From: Azolla caroliniana
Taxonomy: Eukaryota > Plantae > Polypodiophyta
Reading direction: 5' to 3'
NCBI GenBank assembly: GCA_043228905.1
Contig: JBHGNT010000009.1
Span: forward strand, 15,314,001 to 15,378,000
DNA length: 64,000 nucleotides
Shown here: in pieces, positions 25,347-36,380 of the stretch
How positions within the stretch are numbered: position 1 is the first letter of the stretch
How the letters are laid out: each line of letters opens with the position of its first letter
Made by a program: the position numbers and the translations under genes
The notes under the pieces: generated by a model
Told to the model about the DNA's origin: nothing
The model's input: only the letters and a program-made list of their open reading frames with translations
The model's database searches: none

Positions 25347-28300
25347 GCATCCCGGACATCACCATGCCATTCTTGGACGACATCCCGATCAAAGGATGTC
25401 CGGTGGAGGATAAGGACGAGATGGTTGGGCTAGACGGATGCCGAAGGTTCGTCGCGGACCACATTAATGACTGCGAGAAGGTGTTGCAAAGGCTGGAGGA
25501 CGCGTGGCTCACCTTCTCCAGGGAGAAATCAGCGTTTGGCCAATCAGAGATCCTCGTGGTCGGTCAATTGTGCGGCCCCTACGGCCGGAAACCGTCTCTG
25601 GCAAAGATAGAAGCCATCTCCGTAATGAAGGAAGAGTGCAAGTCGGTTATGGAGGTGCGGAGGTTCCTAGGTGCATGCGCGTTCTACCAAATCTGGATTC
25701 CGCACTACCCACACGTCGCGGAACCGCTTTACGGGTTGCTGAAGAAGGGGCGCAAATTTGAATGGGGCAAGGAGCATACAGAGTCGGTTCGGCGACTGAA
25801 GGAGGCGCTTAACGCGATACTGGCTCTCAGGAAAGCGGTCTATGGCAAGGAGGTCCCCATCTATGTAACCGTTGACACGAGCCCGACCGGATCGAATGGG
25901 TGATCAATTAGGAGGATGAGAGCGGCGCGCGGTTCCTGATCCGGTTTGGGGCGAAGGTCCTCAGTGAGCGACAGCGAGGATACGCCCAAGTTAAGCGCAA
26001 ACTATGGGGTATCGTTTCGGCGGTTAAGGCCGACAAAGATTTTCTTATAGGGACAGAGGTAATAATCGAGACAGACTGCCTACCGATTCTCGGTATGGTT
26101 TCCGGATGCGCGACTCCGGACCTGGCAATGCTCAGGTTGATTGCGTACATCAAGTCCCTAAATCCGGAGATACGACACATCTCCGGGAAGGACAACGCCA
26201 TGGCCGACATGGTTTCGAGATCATGGTTCAACGACGAGGACGACATGGTTTCGGAGGACGAGGAAGTCGGCGTAGACTTCTTCGAGATGACATACATAAT
26301 GAGGGAGAGGAGCCCTCCGGTGCTTAACGAATTTCACGAAGGCGAGTACGAAGGGGAGTGGCTCCAGATCGGTAGGTTCCTGAAGACAATGACACCAGAC
26401 GCAACGTGGGCAAAGGAAGAGCCTAATCGGATCCGAAAGTAAGCTTACCGGTTCTTCCTACGGGACGGGAACATATGGAGGCTCCCAAAGAAGCGAGGCG
26501 GCGTTCTACTCCGCGTAGTGGCGAGGAAGGACGAGCAGGATGAGTTGTTAATGGCGTACCACGAGAGTCCTTGGGCCGGACACCGCGGGACCTAGGCCAC
26601 GTTCGAGAAACTGAAAGAGAAGTATTGGTGGCGGGGGCTGTATCGGGATGTGTACCAATTCGTGACAACGTGTGAAAGTTGTCAGATGCACTCCGTGATC
26701 TGGCATCGAGACGAGCTGCACCCAACCTACCCGCCAACCATCCACTTCAAATGGATGGTAGACCTAGTGACAATGCCGATGGGAGTAGGGCAGATTCGGT
26801 ATCTGGTGCTTGCGCGGGAAGATTTAACGAACCAAGTGGAAGGCCGTGCACTGACAAACAAGACGACTATGGCGGTGTGCCAGTTCCTGATCAAAGAGGT
26901 AGTGTGCCGGTATGGATGCGTGGGAAAGATCGTGGCGGATCAGGGAGAGCTGGACGCGCAGGAAGCTGAGGAGCTGTTCGACCGGTTAGGGGTCAAGCTC
27001 TCTCTCACTACAGCGTACAATCCGGAGGAGAACGTGAAGGTAGAACACGGACACAAACCGATCGTGAAGGCTCTGGTACGAGCGTGTGAAGGGCAAGTCA
27101 AGAATTGGCCGCAACTTCTACCCTACGCGTTGTGGGCGGACCAGACTACACACAGTTCAGTGACAGGTTTCATGTCGGCGGCGTTGATGTACGTGCAAAA
27201 ACCGATTATGCCGGTGGAACGGACGATCACTTCGTGCGTCGTGGTGGACTGGAAGGACGAGATGAGCTGGGAAGAGTTGCTGGCGGCGTGGATTCGGCAG
27301 CTCGAGCGACGACCGAAGGACGTAGAGCGGGCGATGACGAAGCTGCGTATGGCGTGTGAAAGGAACAAAGGCCGGTTCGATCGGACACACCGGCTGAGAC
27401 TGAAGAAGATCGAGGAAGGCGACTGGGTGTTGATGTAAGACAATAGCCTCGATAATCAGCACAAGGCGGTGCGTAAGTTTGCGAGGAGATGGTTCGGGCC
27501 CTACACGGTGACAAGCGCGAACGACAACAACACGTATCATCTCGCGGAGCTCGACGGGACGCAGATAGCAGTACAAGTGGCCGACAAGAGGGTCAAGATG
27601 TTTAAGAAGCGGCATGAGGACAAACCGGACCCGGTGAGCGATGGCGGCGGCGATGCCCAAATCGGGGAAGGCGAGGGTTTGGAAAACGATGAGTGATCTA
27701 GGGCCAGTTTCTGCCAAGGTTGTTCCTACATGGCACGTACTGGTGGACGTGCGGTTTGCTGGGGGTGGATGTCGTGGAGAAAACCGCCCCTAGGAGGAAT
27801 CAAGGGGAGGAGTTGTGACCCAATCCCTTTTCGTGTGTGTGTGTGTTTATGAATTGTACATAGCTAGGAAAAGATCGACTGATATGCATATGTACTAGGA
27901 AGGGTGTAAATTGTCTAGGGAATCGATGCATATCTCTGTCCGAAAGGACAGAGAATAAATTTGATGTAACAGCCTCCTTGGCGACCTATAAAAGGGAGGG
28001 CAGAAGAAGAAGGTTATATCGCGTTTTGGCGAAGACGAACTGCTGTCGGACTGGGACCGAGCTTTCTCCTCCTCAACCGTTGCTCTCCACTACGTTTCTG
28101 TGTTGGTCGCCTCTGCTGCGTGTAAACCCATGTGCTTCCAGCGGAGGCTCCATCGTGCATTCTTTGTGTCGTCTGTGTGTGTGCATGGGACCTCCGTTTT
28201 GGGTTTGTTGCCAATTTGCCGGTTGTGATCGTTGTTGACATAGTAATTGAATCTTTTGTTCCCTTCTCTCTCTCCCTGTGCTTCTGTGAATCGCTCTCCC

Positions 28301-28378
28301 TCTTCTTTCTCACGCTCCTTGGTCCAGGGCCCCCGCGGTCCCGCCTCATTTCACACGCGAGAGCGTAACAACACGACA
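25347..28378 (+). mobile_element. 5'-truncated Gypsy-B element U (RT end, RH, IN, 3' LTR 27770-28378) inside the Copia C 3' LTR
   Basis: PDITMPFLDDIPIKG; HFKWMVDLVTMP; RRWFGPY; PPT GGGGGTGGA|TGTCGTGG; LTR ends CACGACA and the Copia LTR resumes. Confidence 0.9.
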
Positions 28379-28468
28379 ACGTATTGTGTATATTCAAGCT
28401 CTCCATTAAACCTGCGTTTCTGTGTTCGGTTTTCTATTGCTTCCGCATGCTATTCTTTTTACACAATA

Positions 28469-28970
28469 GAATTCCAGATTCCAAGCTTATGGATACAGGT
28501 CTGGGAGCGGCTGAGCGAGAAGGAGTTGGAAAAAATCCGGTTAGCAACACTATGCTAGTTGGAGGAGCACCGGATAGCAAGCTTAATGCAGATGGAACTC
28601 TAGCAACAACGAAGGAAAGCATTTGTCGACCGCTACCGGAAGGGTAATGAGAAGATGTTTGGAATCGGCAAGCTGGTACTAGTGTTCCAGATCCAGATGG
28701 GCAAGATGCAGTGGAAGCTACAGTTCCGGTGGATCGGACCATATTGGATAAAGCGAGAGTTCAAGGGCTCATATCAGCTGTGAACGCTGGCCAGTGAGGT
28801 GTTGGAGAAGTGGGTAAATGGGTTTCGACTTAAACCATATTATGGACCCATGCCACAGAACTCGTTTCATCAACCGGAGAACAATGCGGAAATAGGCAGC
28901 GGCAAGCAATTGGCCGGCAACCATGAAGAAAAACAGACAGAGGAGTCGGGGTTACCGGGTAACCGGAACT
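28469..28970 (+). pseudogene. A1 integrase C-terminus (GPY/F)
   Basis: EFQIPSL..FRWIGPY..KWVNGFRLKPY. Confidence 0.9.
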
Positions 28971-29290
28971 AAAAATAAATAAATAAAATTAAAAATAAAT
29001 AAAAATAAATAAATAAATAAAATTTTAAAAAAAAAGAAAAGAAAAGAGATCATCATGTAGAGGCGAAGAGCGAACGGACACCTCGAAAAGGCGTGTAGTT
29101 GGCTATTTAAAGCCTAGTTAAAGCGCACCACATGTCACACAGTTGCTATTATAGTACACGACGTGCATGCGCAAGAATCGAGAAAAGGTGCCTAGCATGG
29201 GAACACGAAACCTCCGCCTCACAGAGTCTCTATCATTTCGCAAACACAGAGCATTGAGCGCACAAAGGACAATACAAGTGAGTAGACGGA

Positions 29291-30845
29291 TGCAAGAAGC
29301 ACATATGAGCACATCGGCCCTACCTACCCTCGCAAAACCAGACGACAAGATGGAACCTATGGCAGTTTCCGAAACAACCAAGAAGTTGTTCAACCAACAT
29401 GGGTTGGGAGGCTTCCTGAGGATAGCAGTGGCACCCCCGCACGACGAAGCAAAAGAAGTCGTGCATAAAATCGACACGGAAGTCATAACGGAGGAATCCA
29501 TATGCGCTCTAATCGGATTGTCGGAAGGGGGCATCTACTCCATCGAGAACCCTTCTCCTGAAACGCTAACCAAGTTTTTTGGCGAGTATTCCCTCGCCAG
29601 CAACGCTCAACGGACACAGGGCGGTGAGGACCTCCTGTTCAGAGAAGTGGCTCGGGTCCTCCACGAGTATGGGTTCATGTACCCCTGAACCCCGGCAATG
29701 CCAAAGAACAAAGCCGGTTTCATCATTGCTACATACACATGGGTGCAAGTGGATTGGCCGGTAATCATCGCCGATTGCTTGCAGACGGTGATAGAATTAG
29801 TGCAGAACGGCAAGAAAGTATGGATGGTCATGGCTCAATGGCTGACTCTCTTGGCGCCCCTGGTGGAGCCGATAAAGACTAAGAAGCGGGTTCGAGTAAC
29901 AAAGACCACGCGCAACAAACCTTCAAAACAACAACAACTCCTAGCTAAGCACACGCCTAGATGGAAAGAGGGCAGTACCTCGTAGAAAGGGAAAGAACTG
30001 CCTAGCCGGAAGCAGCAATCAGAGGCAGAGACACCAGTGGAGCCACCAGTAAGGCCTCTTAAAATCAAGCTGCGCCGACATGAACAAGAGCCGAACCCCT
30101 TGGCAATGAAGATCAATATCAGAACCCAAGAGGAGGAGGCGGAGGAAGACCCCACCGATAACCTCCTATGTCGCCAGAAGCGTAGCGACGCGGAGCAGAA
30201 GGGGGCCGAATCGGGTCTAATGAAGGACAACGCATCGACACCCCATTCCGAGGGACCGGAGCCAAGGAAGGAGGCGGAACTGGTTCAACCAGAACCGATG
30301 AAAGAGTTACCTGTGCGGCAAGAAACAACAGTGGTGGTGGTCCAAGAACCGGTAATCGAATTGCCTACCTCACCGGGGCAGCAGGCACAGCAAGAGCAGG
30401 AGGAGTTGTCGCTACAGGCAACAATCCAAAAAGGGCTTCCGGCGAGAACAGAGGCCACGCCACAATTAGACTCGGCACGACAACAAGGCACCAACAGTCA
30501 ATGGCTACAGTGGATCAGCGAACAGGTGGCCATGGTCGTGGGCCAAATAGAAATGGAGGAGAGAGCATAGGGGGACCGGTTGTTCACCACAACCATAGAG
30601 CTTGAGAAGGCCCAGTCGAGGATACGGAGCATGGAAGAAGAAATTGTGCAAGCCAAAGCAGAGGCGGCTAAGCAGGTTATAGAAGGATCAATACTACCAG
30701 AATCGGTGGCTCTGGTGAAGACGCCGGTAACAGAAATAGCACCGGATACAAATACGGCACAAGAACAAGAACTCGCCACTCTCAAAGAGGAATTAGCAGC
30801 CCAAGAGGCCTTAAGGGCTAGAGAATGAGACCTGAAGAAGGCGAC
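29291..30845 (+). pseudogene. A1 3' accessory ORF (PMD-like plus coiled coil), truncated by A2
   Basis: ORF pieces 29167-29688, 29698-29985, 30037-30570 and 30580-30828 are homologous to A2 pieces 50915-51391, 50681-50908 and 46046-47135. Confidence 0.8.
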
Positions 30846-31278
30846 TGTTATCCTTAGGGCCGGACAACAGCCTAACACAGGGTGTCCACCTAAGACACTT
30901 CACCAAAGGGTGTTACGGCAAGATAACTTACGACACAACGCTTAATTGAACCTTAATCGGTTACTTAGCAATACGTCATTAACACGCGTAAGATATACAA
31001 TAAGCACAAAACGGTGAACAATACTCAATGATTAAACAAAAGGTTTATATTACTCTTTGTTAATGACTACATTGTAATCTGGCCTTTATATAGGTCACCG
31101 GTGCGAAGTACAAAACGATGCCAACCGGCACCTATTCGGAATCGGTCGGTCCGTCCACATCTTCTCATATATTAATATATATATTAAGACTAGTAATTTC
31201 AACAGATTCCGAAATAACAATTCCCCTTTTCACACCCTGGTCTTTGCCGTCCTTAGCTCCTTTGCCGGCTGGGTAACA
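30846..31278 (-). repeat. A2 3' LTR
   Basis: Reverse complement reads TGTTACCCAGCCGGCAAAGG..TAAGGATAACA, homologous to the A1 and A3 LTRs. Confidence 0.9.
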
Positions 31279-31330
31279 CATGGCACACCTGTGGGACAGT
31301 ACCTTGTATGTCAAATCCCACACCGGCCCC

Positions 31331-32110
31331 TTACTCTTCCTCCAAGATATCCAGGATGCTTTGCTCCAGGGTCTCCAGTGGCTCGACGAGAATCTGTTGT
31401 TGTTGCTGTGTATGTTGCGGTGGCTGCTGTTGTGGCTGCTACGACTCCGGTTGTGACTCCGATTGTTGCTCTCGCACCGGCGTTTCCTTCGTTGTTTCCT
31501 CCGTCGGAGTTGTCTTTGGTTGATTTACCCCAACCTGGTCTCTGTCTGGTTCTTGTACCAACGACGGTTCCTCATCACTGAGGTTGACCGTTGCCGCCTG
31601 CCTTGCTTTTTCTTCTCTAAGTCGGGACCGCTCATAGCTCTCAAACTGGATTTGAGCATCCATCTGATCGTCGTCCAGTTGAGCTATGAGTTGCCAGCCA
31701 GAGCTGTGAAATCTTCTGCCAGCTCATCCTTTATGGTGGTGAAGTCCTCCGATGTGAGCATGTAATAGTCGTCACCTTCCTTCCATCGGTTTTCCACGTC
31801 CGCTCTGAGCAACTGGAGTTCAGCCGTATTCTGCGCCCATTTCATCCACCATCGCACGGAGCTCTCGTCAATCAAGCGTTTGGTCTTGTTTAGCCATGCT
31901 CGGAGGATGCACTGGATCCGTTCCATTCCCATCTGTGATTTGTTCTCCGCGTCTTGTCGCTCCTGTTTCAATTGCTTGATGATTTTGACTGTTGTCGCGT
32001 TGGTACGCGCGTGCATGGAGAACAAGGCAGGACCTGGATCCGTTCCATTCCCATCTGTGATTTGTTCTCCGCGTCTTGTCGCTCCTGTTTCAATTGCTTG
32101 ATGATTTTGA
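31331..32110 (-). pseudogene. A2 accessory ORF, C-terminal part
   Basis: VKIIKQLKQERQ..WWMKWAQNTAELQL matches 61497-61897; ends LEQSILDILEEE*. Confidence 0.8.
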
Positions 32111-32155
32111 CTGTTGTCGCGTTGGTACGCGTGTGCGTGGAGAACAAGGCAGGAC
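31912..32155. repeat. 122-bp tandem duplication spanning the A2/X junction
   Basis: 31912-32033 is repeated at 32034-32155. Confidence 0.93.
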
Positions 32156-32879
32156 CACTGGGGTCGTGGACTGAGGAATAGGTGAGAAGAGGGAGAGAGA
32201 GAGAGAGAGAGCGAGAGAGCGGGAGACGCTCACACACGTATAGACAAAGAAGCGCACGGGGACGCGGCCCAACAACTCAGGAGACACGAGTTGAGAACGC
32301 TAGCGTATGTATATAAATATTTGTATGTATTTGTATGTATGCAGACGACTCGAATGGTTACAGCCGATCAGGTCGGCGAGATGGATGCCGGCGCCTGATC
32401 ACCCACGCACATAGGAGAGCAAGATGGAGATTCTAACGGAAGCACACGGGCGTTCCACGGAGCAGGATCAGCCTCCTGAGAACCTGCGCAAAAGAAAGCT
32501 ATGGAGAACCACAGAGAAGAAGAGCTCGGTCCCAGTCCGACAGCACTTCGTCCCCTCTAGCCCCCTTCTCTCCCCCGTCTCCCTCCCTTTTATAGCTCAA
32601 GGAGGGAGGCTGTTTCACCAGTTTACATCACATTAATTCTCTGTCCTTTCGGACAGAGATACTCCTCGATTTCCCCTATAGAATATTGCTACCTAGGATT
32701 TGACCTTTGTGCCTACCTATCCATTATATAACAAGGGGCGTGCCCACGTGTAAGGGCCGGTTCACACACACTATACACGGTTTGCGCCTGGGGACGGTTT
32801 TCTTCACGACATCCGCCCCCACCTAACCGCGCATCCACCGGTATGCGCCAAAATTGGGTTCCTACGGGAGAAAACCGAT

Positions 32880-35800
32880 CCTTGCTTTTATCCCTCGTTT
32901 ACCGGTTCATCCTCCGCCTCGGGCTGCTCGTCGTTGCTTTCCATGCCCCTTAGCTCCGACTCACCGTCGTGTCGTTTCGTGAACGCTTTGATCCTCTTCC
33001 CCGCTACCGGTATCGCCATTCTCGTACCGTCGAGCTCCGCGAGATGGTACGTCCCATTGCCGTTGGCGCCTGTTACTACGTAAGGCCCGAACCACGTCCT
33101 CGCAAACTCCGCGTGGCCCTATGCTGATTGTCGAGGCTGCTGTCGTAGACTAGCACCCAATCGCCTTCCTCGATCTTCCTTGGCCGGAGCCGGTGTGTTC
33201 GGTCGAACCGGGCTTTGTTCCTTATCCTCGCTACCCGAAGTTTCTCCGCGGCACGCTCTGCGTCCTCCGGCCTTCGCTCGAGTTGTCGAATCCGCGCCGC
33301 CAACAGTTCCTCCCGGCTCATCTCATCCCTCCAGTCCACCGTGGCCCACGAGGAGATCGTTCGCTCTGTTGGCATGATCGGCTTCTGTCCGAACATAAGC
33401 TCGGTCGGCATGAACCCGGTTACCGAACTGTGCGTAGTCCGGTCCGCCCAGAAGGCATAAGGTAGCAGCCGTGGCCAGTTCCCGACTTGGCCTCCGCACG
33501 CCTGCACTAGCGCTTTGACAATTGGCCCGTGTCCGCGCTCCACCTTCCCGTTCGCCTCCGGATTGTACGCTGTGGTGAGTGTAAGTTTGACTCCTAGCCG
33601 GTCGAATAGCTCTTCGGCCCCTTCTGCGTCCAACTCACCACAGTCAGCCACGATCTTCCCTACGCACCCGTATCGGCATACCACGTCCTCAATAAAAAAC
33701 CGGCATACGACTGCAGTCGTATTGTTCTGCAGGGCTCGCCCTTCAACCTGGTTTGTTAGATCCTCCCGAGCCAGCACCAGATACCGCATCTGTCCTACCC
33801 CCATTGGCATCGTCACCAAATCCACCATCCATTTGAAGTGGACGGTCGGAGGGTAGGTCGGGTGGAGCTCGTCTCGGTGTCGGATCGTGGAGTGTACTTG
33901 GCAGCTTTCGCAAGCTGTCACGAACCGATGCACGTCCCCGTATAGTCCCGGCCATTAGTACTTCCCTTTTAGCTTTTTGAACGTGGCCCACGTTCCACGG
34001 TGTCCAGCCCAAGGACTATCGTGGTATGCCGCCAACAAATACTCCTGTTCCTCCTTCTTCGCCACCACTCGGAGTGGGATGCCGTTCCTTTTCTTCGGGT
34101 GCTTCCATATGTACCCGTCCCGGAGAAAGAATCGGTAGGCTTTCTTCCAAATCCGGTTGGCCTCGTCCGTTGTCCATGTCGCGTCCGGTGTCATTGTTTT
34201 CAGGAACCCGCCGATCTGCAGCCACTCCCCGTCGTACTTGCTCTCGTCAAAATCATTAAGCGTTGGAGTGCATTCCCTGCCGGTTGTTATGTGAGCCGCC
34301 TTGAAGAAGTCCACGCCGACTTCCTCGTCCTCCGAAACCATGCCGCCCTCGTTTTCGAACCTCGCCCTTGAAAGCATGTCGGCCATGGCATTGTCTTTCC
34401 CGGAAATGTGTTGTATTTCCGGATTGAGGGACTTGATGTACGCTATCCACCTGAGCATTGCCAGGTCCGGCGTCGCGCATCTGGAAACCATGCCAAGAAT
34501 TGGCAGGCAGTCCGTCTCGATAATTACCTCTGCCCTGATCAGGTAGTCTTTATCGGTCTTTACCGCCGAAACAATACCCCAGAGCTCGCGTTTAACCTGG
34601 GCGTATCCTCGCTGTCGCTCGCTGAGGACCTTCACACCGAACCGGATTGGGAAACGCATGCCGTCCTCGTCCTCTTGGTTGACGACCCATCCGATCCTGG
34701 TCGGACTCGTGTCTATCGTTACGTAAATCGGAGTGTCCTTTCCGTAGACAACCTTTCGGAGTGCCGGAGCTGCAACAAGTGCTTCCTTCATCTTTCGGAC
34801 AGACTCCGTATGCTCGTCTCTCCACTCGAAATTTCGCCCCTTTTTCAGCAACCCGTATAACGGCTCCGCGACATGAGCATAATACGGGATCCAAATGTGG
34901 TAGAATGCGCACGCTCCCAAGAACCTCTGAACCTCCGTGACCGAGCTACAATCGTCCTTCATCGCGGAGATGGCTTCTACCTTAGCCGGAGACGGTTTTT
35001 GGCCGTACGACCTGCATAGGTGTCCGACGACCATGATCTCTGATTGCCCGAAGGCCGATTTTCCCCCGGAGAAGGTGAGCCTCGCGCCCTCCAACCTCTG
35101 CAGCACCTTCTCACAATCATCGATGTGTGTCGCCACGAATTTCCGGCACCCGTCCGGTCCGATCGTCTCGTCCCTTTTCTCCACCGGGCATCCCTTGATC
35201 GGGACGTCGTCCAGAAACGGCATGGTGATGTCCGGGATAAAATCCCTTAGCACCTTGTTCATTGCGTTCACCATGTGAGCCACCGAGTTCGTCCCTCCTT
35301 GTGGTAGGGTACACATCTGTACTAGGCCAAGAGGAGTTCGCATTGTCGTGATGTGTCTGCTCTCTATGGCTAGTTGGAACTAATTGTACCCCGAGTAGAG
35401 ATCACCGACCGAGTAAATCGACCTTCCGGCGAAGGCCTCCGCGAACTCGTCTATTGTCGGTCCGATTCCTGCGTTTCGAATGGTCACCTTGTTGACCGGC
35501 TGCAGGTCTTGAATAAAGCGCAGTGTGCCGTCCTTCTTCGGCACGGTAAACCACCAATTCGAGTATGGGGCACTCGACGGTTCGAGGATTCCCATCTCGA
35601 CCTTCTGCTTTAACAGCTCCATCAGCTTCGGGATGTGAGCTCTGGGTACTGGAATCAGTTTGAGACTCCACGGCACATGCGGTACCGTGAATATCACCAT
35701 CGGTTCCACAACTGTCGGGTCTACGCACCCGATCTCCTCCGGTGAGAATGCGAAAGCCTTCCCGTGCCTCCCGAGCATTCCCCGAAAATGGTCCTCTTCC

Positions 35801-36380
35801 GCCAGCAGTAGGAAGCCGCCCCCACCGATTTTGAGCTCGTGCAGCGTTATGTCGGTGAACGTGTGTCCTATGCGGGCCGGATTTCATAAACTCGGGTTCG
35901 ACGCAACCCCCTTTATTCGCAACTCGCTGCCCTCCGGCAAGGGACCGCGACTGGCCTCACCTTCCGGTCCATAGTCTTGTACCTCGTGTCCACCCGGGCC
36001 GTCCAATCCGACTCGAGCCCTCTACTGAAGTCCGCGATGACTTCGTACATCCTTTCCGAACATACCGGAATTGTCCGGTCCTCTTTAAGGACTCCTCCGA
36101 TTACCTCTCGCAGCTCCCCCAAGGTATCGACGAAAGAGACCGCCTCCACGGCTCCGTTGATTTCCTCTCCAAGGCCGAGGATACCACATGCCCGAAGTTG
36201 CTCCTCCGCCCTTTTCTTCTTCCGGCCAACAACGTCGACTATCGTACACCCTCCGTTGTCGGAGAACCAAAATTTCCTACTTATAGTACAGGTCTTCTTT
36301 GCTATCGTACACTTGTGGGGTTTTCTCGGAGTGTCCGGACTATCGCGGCCCCACGCCTTGATAGCCCTCTCTAAAAATCC
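32880..36380 (-). pseudogene. X pol (RT-RH-IN) in the -1 frame relative to gag-PR
   Basis: TPLGLVQMCTLPQG..FLDDVPIKG; TIDTSP; GHRGTWAT; FKWMVDL; no chromodomain. Confidence 0.92.

Larger units (their letters stand above)
14047..28463 (+). mobile_element. Copia element C with nested LINE, Copia D and Gypsy-B U; RT C-terminus and RNase H deleted
   Basis: TSD CAATA at 14042-14046 and 28464-28468. 5' LTR 14047-15718; PBS TGGTATCATAGC 15719-15730; PPT GAGGGGGAG 25281-25289. 3' LTR starts at 25290 and ends at 28463. Confidence 0.93.
8303..30845 (+). mobile_element. Ty3/Gypsy non-chromovirus (Athila/Tat-like) element A1, interrupted by Copia C and cut at 30845 by A2
   Basis: 5' LTR 8303-8776; order gag, PR, RT, RH, IN. 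Integrase AVMPI|EFQIPS is continuous across the Copia C insertion. A 3' accessory ORF follows. Confidence 0.9.
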
